From assembly GCA_964546655.1 (NCBI GenBank), contig CAZJKL010000001.1:69751-133750 (forward strand): a stretch of DNA of 64,000 bases, read 5' to 3'. The notes beneath the pieces are model-generated. The model saw only the letters and a program-made list of their open reading frames with translations. It searched no databases and was not told where the DNA came from. The position numbers were made by a program, and so were the translations under genes. This DNA comes from an uncultured Bacteroidales bacterium (GTDB lineage: Bacteria; Bacteroidota; Bacteroidia; Bacteroidales; CAZJKL01). Each line of letters starts with the position of its first letter. The first letter of the stretch is position 1. Shown in pieces: positions 1 to 6,560 of the stretch.

Positions 1-60
1 GCATATTTGTAAAAAGTAGATAAATTACAAAAAAGTTTATTTTTTCTCAAAAGCGAAAAA

Positions 61-367
61 TACACCAGTTGTTCGATCCCGAAAGCTTTCGGGAGTAACT
101 ACGAACAAAGTAAAAGTTAGGTTTTTAAAACAAACAAAAACAGCAACCAAATTGGGGGTAAAATCGGGGTACGAATTTGAGTCGTGCTCCGATTAAAATC
201 AATTGATTGATTGATTAGTAAGACCCCTTTGTGGTCAAAGGTTTGTAGCCAAATAAATGGCTACAAACCTCAGGACTTCTTCGAAGTCCAACATAAACAA
301 CATAAAATTTAAACAACTACAGTTTGTCAAGTGCGTTTCCGAAAGTTTTCGGAAGGAAACTACGCAC
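61..367. repeat. Palindrome-rich composite repeat block, copy 1 (module A 61-135, module B 305-367, extra hairpins between)
   Basis: Palindromes read directly: cccgaaagctttcggg 78-93; atcgggg-17nt-ctccgat 163-193; cctttg-tggt-caaagg 226-241; ggtttgtagcc-8nt-ggctacaaacc 240-269; ggacttc-ttc-gaagtcc 273-289; gtgcgt..ttccgaaagttttcggaa..acgcac 331-367. Modules A and B recur in the same order and orientation at 10885-11049. Confidence 0.8.
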
Positions 368-685
368 CACAGAAGATTATAGGTTGTGACCCTTCGCTTT
401 AGGCTCAGGGAGACAAGTTTTTTGTCATGCTGATGTTAAGAAGCATCTTTTCAAGACCACTAACTTTAATAGCTTCATTTTCTACCCGTCACTTTCTACA
501 CCATTCTGCACTCCGCCGGTGGGCGAACAGTGTTCAGATAACGAATATTAGACAGTTTTTTACATATTGAAAACTAGTAAGGTAATAAGCTGGAAAATCA
601 ATAATGTTAATTTTTGTTTTTTCTAATATTAAAGATTTTATTAAAAAATATTCTAAAAAAAAATTGTAATTTTTGAAAAACAGAT

Positions 686-693
686 TATATTTG
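686..693 (+). promoter_or_regulatory. Candidate Bacteroidota -7 promoter box (TATATTTG) upstream of abi gene
   Basis: Matches the TAnnTTTG -7 consensus. It lies 64 nt upstream of the ATG at 757. A hairpin acccgt..acgggt lies in the leader. Confidence 0.4.
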
Positions 694-756
694 CATTAAC
701 AGAACCCGTTTTGCATACCATAAGAACTGCAGACGGGTCATTTTATTTTATTGTCT

Positions 757-1656
757 ATGACAAACAAACATGCATTTACAATAAATGACCATATTATCCT
801 TCTTAAAGAAAGAGGAATGATTTTTAAAAACGAAATCTTCGCAAAACAATGCTTGAAAAACATCAGCTATTATAGACTAAAAGGCTATTGGTGGGATATG
901 CAAGAAAATAGTATAAATCACACATTTAAACCTAATTCATATTTTGAAGATGTAATTGAAAGATATAATTTTGATAAAAAATTACGATTAATTTTATTTG
1001 ATGCAATTGAATATATTGAAATTGCATTACGAACTAAAATGATTTATCATTTATCATTAAATTATGGTGGATTGTGGTATTTAAATTCTTCTTTGTTTGA
1101 TGATAGTGAAATTTATGAAAACACTATAAAAGAACTTGAAAAAGAGTTTTTAAGAAGTCAAGAAATTTTTATTAAAGATCAGCGAAATAGATATCCTAAT
1201 GAAAATGCTGATGCTTGGAAAATACTCGAAGTTGCATCTTTTGGAACATTATCAAAACTTTATAAGAATTTAAAACATCAACTTCCCGAAAAATCACTAA
1301 TTGCAAAAGAAATGGGATTAAATCTAAATAAAGAACTTTCAAGTTGGTTAGAATCAATTGGTTATGTCAGAAATATTGTAGCACACCATTCACGGCTTTT
1401 AAGCAGAAATATGGTCAAAAAACCTATTGAACATTTAAAAAATTCTAGTAGTAATTGGTTTTCTATTAATTTGCTACCTGTTCAAACTAAAAAACCATTT
1501 TTAATAATTTCATGTATGATTTATATTTGTAATAACATTGAACCAAATAATGATATTAAGAGTAAATTATTAAAATTATTTGAAGAAAGTGAAAATGTCC
1601 CTATTTATAAATTAGGCTTTTTAAATAATTGGAATAAACAACCAATTTGGGAATAA
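757..1656 (+). CDS. Abi_2 (AbiD/AbiF-like) abortive-infection family protein, HEPN-type
   Basis: N-terminal LLKERGMIF...NISYYRLKGYWW signature recalled from the Abi_2 family. Rx4H motif RNIVAH at 1369-1386. ATG at 757 preferred over the TTG at 751 used by the track. Confidence 0.8.
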   Translation: MTNKHAFTINDHIILLKERGMIFKNEIFAKQCLKNISYYRLKGYWWDMQENSINHTFKPNSYFEDVIERYNFDKKLRLILFDAIEYIEIALRTKMIYHLSLNYGGLWYLNSSLFDDSEIYENTIKELEKEFLRSQEIFIKDQRNRYPNENADAWKILEVASFGTLSKLYKNLKHQLPEKSLIAKEMGLNLNKELSSWLESIGYVRNIVAHHSRLLSRNMVKKPIEHLKNSSSNWFSINLLPVQTKKPFLIISCMIYICNNIEPNNDIKSKLLKLFEESENVPIYKLGFLNNWNKQPIWE

Positions 1657-1744
1657 TAATATTAATAATTTAAAATAAGCAACGTCAGTTTTTACGCCCT
1701 TCTGCAATAAAACAATACGAATATTACTAATGTATTTAATTATT

Positions 1745-1809
1745 TTATTTGGGTTCGTGAATGCCTTTGGAATTTCGTAATTCGTAATTATTCATTCGTA
1801 ATTCGTAAC
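1745..1809. repeat. Hairpin + TCGTAAT heptamer repeat element (short copy)
   Basis: gggttcgtgaatgcctttggaatt followed by five in-register heptads tcgtaat|tcgtaat|tattcat|tcgtaat|tcgtaac (1775-1809). Same element family as 4111-4213 and 12048-12183. Confidence 0.75.
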
Positions 1810-1814
1810 TAAAA

Positions 1815-1966
1815 CTACTCACCCCCCACCAAACTAACACTACCAGTAAACACCTGATTATTGTACGATAAAATATAAAAATAAACGCCATCGGTGAGGT
1901 TTTTGCCGTTAAAGTCGTTATTGTAAGCATTGCTTTTAAAAACCAAGTTACCCCAACGGTTAAAAA
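1815..1966 (-). pseudogene. Orphan fragment of a T9SS gliding-associated C-terminal domain (last ~50 codons only)
   Basis: Encodes [32 protein letters not shown]..., which matches the C-terminus of the 7997-10693 protein. About 100 nt (1868-1966) are almost identical to 8056-8154. Upstream of 1966 the reading frame is unrelated AT-rich filler. Confidence 0.8.
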
Positions 1967-2061
1967 AGAGGGTTGAATTAAAATATAATATATATATAAT
2001 AATGCTATAGAAAATATTTATTAAATTAGCACTCAAAATTATTTTAAATATAAAATCTATT

Positions 2062-2361
2062 ATGGAAAACAAGAATAGCATACTTGATTTTTTTAGAGCA
2101 AATAAGGAGTTATTAAGTAAACGTTTTAGAGTTATTAAAATTGGTATATTTGGTTCTTATGCAAGAGGAGAAGCAACAGAACAGAGCGATATTGACATAA
2201 TAGTTGAATTTGATGAAGATATAGATAGTATTTTTGACAGGAAATATGAATTAAAAGAATATTTAATGGCACATTTCAGAAAAAAAGTTGATTTATGTCG
2301 AGAAGGTGCAATAAAACCAATTTTCAAACAATTAATATTAAAAGATGCTATTTATGCATAA
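2062..2361 (+). CDS. mntA: MNT-type nucleotidyltransferase antitoxin
   Basis: GIFGSYARGEATEQSDIDIIVEF (GS-x10-DxD minimal nucleotidyltransferase motif). Overlaps the downstream DUF86 gene. Confidence 0.85.
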   Translation: MENKNSILDFFRANKELLSKRFRVIKIGIFGSYARGEATEQSDIDIIVEFDEDIDSIFDRKYELKEYLMAHFRKKVDLCREGAIKPIFKQLILKDAIYA

Positions 2362-2689
2362 TACCGATGAGGCAATATGCCTTAATATGTTAGAAGCTAT
2401 AAATAAAATTCAAGAAATTAGCAAGATATTCTCATCTTATGAAGATTTTGAGAAAGACTATATTAGGTTTGATGCTACATTGATGAATTTTGTAGTAATT
2501 GGGGAAATGGCAAGTAAGTTAAGCGACAAATTTAAGAAAGAACATAAAAAAACAGATTGGCGAAGAATTAGTGATTTAAGAAACATAATTGCACATGATT
2601 ATTTTGGAATTGACTCAAAAGAAGTATGGCAAATTATTAATAATAAATTACCTGAACTAAAAAAATACATTGAGGAATGTGCGATTTAA
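2345..2689 (+). CDS. hepT: HepT (DUF86) HEPN ribonuclease toxin
   Basis: Rx4HxY motif RNIIAHDY at 2579-2602. Size and pairing with the MNT gene fit the family. Confidence 0.85.
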   Translation: MLFMHNTDEAICLNMLEAINKIQEISKIFSSYEDFEKDYIRFDATLMNFVVIGEMASKLSDKFKKEHKKTDWRRISDLRNIIAHDYFGIDSKEVWQIINNKLPELKKYIEECAI

Positions 2690-2790
2690 CAACCGCAACT
2701 TTTAAACAAGAAAGTACAATTTTGTACGGAAGTGAGCGATTGGGTGAAAATAAAGAAACAAGAGTTTTGGAAAATGTAAATTATTTATAG
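2690..2790 (+). pseudogene. RHS-derived handle fragment (TTATFKQESTILYGSERLGENKETRVLENVNYL*), truncated by the TA block
   Basis: Starts immediately after the hepT stop. ttgtacggaagtgagcgattgggt at 2722-2745 recurs at 3459-3482 and 5291-5314. The frame ends where the minus-strand toxin gene ends. Confidence 0.7.
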
Positions 2791-3053
2791 TGACCTCTAA
2801 GAGAGTGAATATGAATACAATTTTCTGAAATCACTTCGTAAAACAAACGATGTTCACGATTTATTCTACGAGACCAACAGCCAGTAAGGGAGTGTTTAAG
2901 AAGTTCTGGTTTGCCAGTACCAGTAAAAGGATGTTCTGTTAGTTCTTCAAGTAGCAAAGTAATCTTATTGACAACGGCTTTATTGCCTGACTTTTTATGA
3001 TGTCTTATATCTTCTTTGGATTGTTCAGAAAAGCGTAAGGTGTAGCTACTCAT
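2781..3053 (-). CDS. Txe/YoeB-family type II toxin (copy 1)
   Basis: HHKKSGNK...HPFTGTGKPELLKHSLTGCWSRRINREHRLFYEV...GHYK matches the recalled Bacteroidota YoeB/Txe pattern. 4-nt overlap with the upstream antitoxin gene. Confidence 0.85.
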   Translation of the reverse strand: MSSYTLRFSEQSKEDIRHHKKSGNKAVVNKITLLLEELTEHPFTGTGKPELLKHSLTGCWSRRINREHRLFYEVISENCIHIHSLRGHYK

Positions 3054-3271
3054 AAACTATCAATAAACGTTTTAATATTATCGGCTTTTACTTCTGTAAA
3101 TTTTCCTTCGACAATTTGTTTTTTACTCTCTATTATTTTATTTACAAATTCTTCAGAATAAACATCTTTTGTGTTGATGCGAAACTTAATTTTTAAAGCT
3201 TTCATAATCGCTTTTAATGTTTCTAATTGAGACACATCTTCGGTATAGGCTGTAATATTAATTGTTTGCAT
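3050..3271 (-). CDS. Small antitoxin (DUF2683-like) of the YoeB-like toxin (copy 1)
   Basis: MQTINITAYTEDVSQLETLKAIMKALKIKF. Start at the internal ATG (3271), by analogy with the paralog at 11343-11558, which begins MQTINITAY. Confidence 0.7.
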   Translation of the reverse strand: MQTINITAYTEDVSQLETLKAIMKALKIKFRINTKDVYSEEFVNKIIESKKQIVEGKFTEVKADNIKTFIDSL

Positions 3272-3287
3272 AATGTTTAGTTTTTTA

Positions 3288-3295
3288 CAAAAATA
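3288..3295 (-). promoter_or_regulatory. Candidate -7 box (TATTTTTG on minus strand) for TA operon copy 1
   Basis: TAnnTTTG match 16 nt upstream of the antitoxin ATG. It sits inside a ~115-nt block almost identical to 11559-11680. Confidence 0.5.
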
Positions 3296-3386
3296 ACAAA
3301 ATACCAACTCTTAAACAAAACAAGTTATTTATATTTTTTAATATAAAAATAAAATTTTTATATCTTGCACTACCTAAACTAAACAA

Positions 3387-3497
3387 ATGAATTGCTTAAA
3401 ATTAACATATAATAAAACTGCTTTCACAACCGCAACTTTTAAACAAGAAAGCACAATTTTGTACGGAAGTGAGCGATTGGGTGTAAAATTAAAATGA
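3387..3497 (+). pseudogene. Toxin-deleted RHS cassette remnant (36 codons, MNCLKLTYNKTAFTTATFKQESTILYGSERLGVKLK*)
   Basis: Carries the RHS handle and then stops. Its TGA overlaps the ATG of the next gene (ATGA at 3494-3497). Confidence 0.65.
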
Positions 3498-3997
3498 TAA
3501 TTATGCGTGTATTTTTAGTCTTTGTTTTTGTATTAATTACAAATTTAATATTTTGTCAAAAAAAGTCAGATACTATATATATAATTATAAAAGATGCTGT
3601 TTTTAATGATAGTGTATTTTACTACAATGATGGGTTAAATAATTTATATAAAAAAATAAATAACAAATTTTACATAAATAGTAAAAAGAAATGTAACAAA
3701 AAAGCAAGATCAATTATAGGATGGCACTCTGAAGATAAATATAAAGTATTTGTTTTTAAAAATAAAAAAGGGAAAAGAATAGAGGAAGGATATTGGAGTT
3801 ATGAGGTGTGGAGAAATGGATATTATATTTTTTATCATAAAAATGGGGTCAAAAAATCAGAAGGAGTATTTTATATTAATGAAAAGATTGGGAAATGGTA
3901 CTATTATGATGAAAAAGGAGTATTGATTAAGACAGAAAACTTCCAAGATATTTATAATATATTAGAAAAATATAATCGTTACCCAAAAATAGAATAA
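3494..3997 (+). CDS. MORN-repeat, YwqK-family immunity/antitoxin-like protein with signal or lipoprotein leader
   Basis: Hydrophobic leader ending LIFCQ. Repeated G-x-W/Y motifs (EEGYWSYEVWRNGYYIFYHKNGVKKSEGVFYINEKIGKWYYYDEKG) are typical of MORN/YwqK repeats. Confidence 0.7.
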   Translation: MIIMRVFLVFVFVLITNLIFCQKKSDTIYIIIKDAVFNDSVFYYNDGLNNLYKKINNKFYINSKKKCNKKARSIIGWHSEDKYKVFVFKNKKGKRIEEGYWSYEVWRNGYYIFYHKNGVKKSEGVFYINEKIGKWYYYDEKGVLIKTENFQDIYNILEKYNRYPKIE

Positions 3998-4042
3998 ATT
4001 TAGTATTCATTCTTGGGCGATTCCAGAGATAGTCTGTAACCA

Positions 4043-4213
4043 CATGGGGCACAACTTTAAGTCGTACCCCATGTAAAAAGAGTAATTACTCACATATTTA
4101 ATTATTTTTTTGGGGTGTTCGTGAATCTTCGGTTTACTCACTTACCAAATTATTTTTATTGGGTTTCGTGAATGCCTTCGGCATTTCGTAATTCGTAATT
4201 TGTAATTCGTAAT
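4043..4213. repeat. Composite intergenic repeat element: conserved-loop hairpin, two ttcgtgaat stem-loop units, (TCGTAAT)4
   Basis: catgggg-17nt-ccccatg at 4043-4073. aatgcc-ttc-ggcatt stem-loop at ~4170-4184. Heptads at 4186-4213 (tcgtaat, tcgtaat, ttgtaat, tcgtaat). Paralogous to 11986-12183 and partly to 1745-1809. An inverted copy of the hairpin lies at 163-193. Confidence 0.85.
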
Positions 4214-4277
4214 TATTTTATGGCTTTGCGTGAAAATTTAAAAAAATCCCAATTAGTAGAAATTCGAATAAAATTAT

Positions 4278-4285
4278 TATATTTG
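4278..4285 (+). promoter_or_regulatory. Candidate -7 box (TATATTTG) for rpn-like gene
   Basis: TAnnTTTG match 18 nt upstream of the ATG at 4304. Confidence 0.45.
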
Positions 4286-4303
4286 CATAAATTTCAAAAG
4301 ATT

Positions 4304-5188
4304 ATGACCACAACTCTAAAAGACAAATATATAAACCCTTTTACCGATTTTGGGTTCAAGCGTATATTTGGAGAAGAACCTAATAAGGATATATTAATAG
4401 ACTTTTTAAATACCTTGTTTTCTGGCGAATTAATAATTAAGGAGTTATCATTAAAACCACCATATAAAACATCAAAAACAAAAGAAGAACGAAAAGTTGT
4501 ATTTGACTTATACTGCAAAACCTCAACTGACGAACGAATTATTATTGAAATGCAAAAAGCAAAACAAAAATATTTTAAAGATCGCAGTGTGTTTTACAGT
4601 ACTTTCCCCATACAAGAACAAGCACAAACAGGAGAATGGGATTTTCAACTCAATGCAGTTTATACAATAGGTATTCTCGATTTTGTTTTTGACGACCAAG
4701 ATAAAGACAGACAATTAGTTAGTGAGGTAAAATTAATAGAAACCAAAACATCAAAAGTTTTTTTCGATAAACTTACGTTTTTATACTTGCAAATGCCCAA
4801 CTTTAATAAGCAAGAGCATGAACTAGAAAATAGATTTGACCAATGGCTATACATACTAAAAAACTTACCTAAGTTTGAAAAATATCCAAATATAATTAAC
4901 GATAAGATATTTAAAAAACTATTTAAAATAAGCGAGATAGCAAATTTTAACAAAGAAGAGATAATGGCCTATGAAGAAAGTCTTAAAACATTCAGAGACC
5001 TTAAAAATTCATTAGACACAGCACGCGAAGAAGGAAGAGAAGAAGGAAGAGAAGAAGGCGAACAAATAGGAATTACAAAAATTATAATAAACGGACACAA
5101 AGAGGGCTTTTCAATAGAGATGTTGAAAAAAATAACAGGATATACCGAAAAAGAGATTAAAGAAATAATTAAAAACAACAAACTTTAA
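4304..5188 (+). CDS. Rpn-family recombination-promoting nuclease / PD-(D/E)XK putative transposase
   Basis: KYINPFTDFGFKRIFGEE...DILIDFLN...VFDLYC...IIEMQKAKQKYFKDRSVFY is the recalled Rpn/YhgA-like signature. Start moved to the ATG at 4304, downstream of the -7 box. 12-nt tandem repeat encoding EEGREEGREEGE near the C-terminus. Confidence 0.85.
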   Translation: MTTTLKDKYINPFTDFGFKRIFGEEPNKDILIDFLNTLFSGELIIKELSLKPPYKTSKTKEERKVVFDLYCKTSTDERIIIEMQKAKQKYFKDRSVFYSTFPIQEQAQTGEWDFQLNAVYTIGILDFVFDDQDKDRQLVSEVKLIETKTSKVFFDKLTFLYLQMPNFNKQEHELENRFDQWLYILKNLPKFEKYPNIINDKIFKKLFKISEIANFNKEEIMAYEESLKTFRDLKNSLDTAREEGREEGREEGEQIGITKIIINGHKEGFSIEMLKKITGYTEKEIKEIIKNNKL

Positions 5189-5203
5189 TAACCAGTTTGC
5201 GTC

Positions 5204-6547
5204 ATGAGTTATGTTGGGTTTAATACAATATCAACCTATAAGCAACAATCATCAAGCGAAGGCGGTAAATTTATTTTAGAATCGCAAGAATTGTACGGAA
5301 GTGAGCGTTTGGGCGAGAACAAAGAAACAAGACTTTTGGCAACAGTAAAATTTACATTTAATGGTTATTTAAATAATAAGTTTAAAAATATAATATACCG
5401 AACACCAATAGTTAATACACTAAATGACAGCACCTACAAAAGTTTTGGTTACACAAATTATGAGTTAACAAATCACTTAGGCAATGTTATGGCAACAGTT
5501 AGTGATAAAATTACACCAAACCAAGTTGATGTTGTAAACAATAATATTATTAACTTTAGTGCTATGGTAACAAGTGCTAATACATATTACCCATACGGTA
5601 TGCTAAAACCAAACACTAGTAGCTTAAGCGGTTATAGGTTTGGTTACCAAGGGCAAGAAAAAGATAGCGAAATAAAAGGCGAAGGCAACTCTTATAATTT
5701 TAGTTTTAGAATTTATGATAGTAGAATAGCTAAATTTTTAAGTCCTGACCCTTTAAGATTTAGATTCCCATTTTATTCTCCTTATCATTTCTCCTCAAAC
5801 TCGCCTATTGCTGCGGTTGATTTAGAAGGATTACAGCCGTGGGTTAGAAGTTACAATGTAGATATAGATAATAAAAGTTATGTTGTGAAAATAAATCCTT
5901 TACGACCACAGAGATTTAAGATAAGGTATCATAATACGAATTTTTTACAAAAAAGTGCTGCCAAATATGCTTTTAAAGGGAAAAGAAAATTTTTTGAAGA
6001 CGGTAGGAGATATAGTCCTTTTTTTCGACAAATAGGTGGTAAACCTTCTTCTATGAATTTGTTTTACCCAAATAATAGTCAGAAATTTAATGCTAATGAA
6101 TATGATGATGATGGTAAAATAACAAGGCATGGTAGTGAAGATTATAATGATTTAGCAGTTAATTCTTTAATTGATGGAAAAACTCCCAAAGAATTTGTTG
6201 ATGCTTTGTTAGAACAAAATCCCAATGTAATATTAAATATAATTCCTAATCATGCTGCTTCTCAACATAATATGCGAAATGGCGATACTACTAGATATGT
6301 TGGTAGTCCAAATGAAGCATCAGATAAATTTACTGATGATAGAGGAATTAATACTAAAATACTTTTGGGTAATTATAAAAACATTAATGTTATTCCAAGA
6401 TACAATATTTCTCCTATAGAAAAGTATACTTTTCATCATTCTATTTTAATTCCACCATATAAGCACGATGGAATGGGTATAATCCTTTATTTTGAAATAA
6501 AGAATACACCACCGGTAAGTCGAGTATATTGCCCTACATATATGTAA
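5204..6547 (+). CDS. Orphan RHS C-terminal cassette: last YD-like repeats + RHS repeat-associated core + unrecognised ~237-aa C-terminal (toxin) domain
   Basis: LYGSERLGENKETR handle (aa 30-43). YELTNHLGNVMATVSD. Core YYPYGM...YRFGYQGQEKDSE...YNFSFRIYDSRIAKFLSPDPL...SPYHFSSNSPIAAVDLEGL ends at aa 210 (nt 5833). The remainder (5834-6544) matches no family I recognise. No RHS shell lies upstream: the rpn gene ends 16 nt before the ATG. Confidence 0.85.
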   Translation: MSYVGFNTISTYKQQSSSEGGKFILESQELYGSERLGENKETRLLATVKFTFNGYLNNKFKNIIYRTPIVNTLNDSTYKSFGYTNYELTNHLGNVMATVSDKITPNQVDVVNNNIINFSAMVTSANTYYPYGMLKPNTSSLSGYRFGYQGQEKDSEIKGEGNSYNFSFRIYDSRIAKFLSPDPLRFRFPFYSPYHFSSNSPIAAVDLEGLQPWVRSYNVDIDNKSYVVKINPLRPQRFKIRYHNTNFLQKSAAKYAFKGKRKFFEDGRRYSPFFRQIGGKPSSMNLFYPNNSQKFNANEYDDDGKITRHGSEDYNDLAVNSLIDGKTPKEFVDALLEQNPNVILNIIPNHAASQHNMRNGDTTRYVGSPNEASDKFTDDRGINTKILLGNYKNINVIPRYNISPIEKYTFHHSILIPPYKHDGMGIILYFEIKNTPPVSRVYCPTYM

Positions 6548-6560
6548 ATTTTTGAAAAGT

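Noticed and set aside
1775-1809. Could the TCGTAAT tracts or the recurring hairpins be a CRISPR array?
   Set aside because: The repeat unit is only 7 nt and has no unique spacers. The hairpin modules are few, heterogeneous and irregularly spaced. No cas genes are in the window.
1745-1930. ORFs 1745-1930 and 7930-8157 on the minus strand share the peptide [19 protein letters not shown], which could look like a conserved small protein.
   Set aside because: The similarity is just another reading frame of the duplicated T9SS C-terminal-domain DNA (1868-1966 versus 8056-8154). The in-frame CTD reading (FNRWGNLVF…GVYFY) explains the conservation.
5204-6547. Treating 5204-6547 as a complete RHS protein.
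   Set aside because: Only ~125 aa precede the core domain, so there is no long YD-repeat shell and no N-terminal secretion or trafficking domain. It is an orphan C-terminal cassette.
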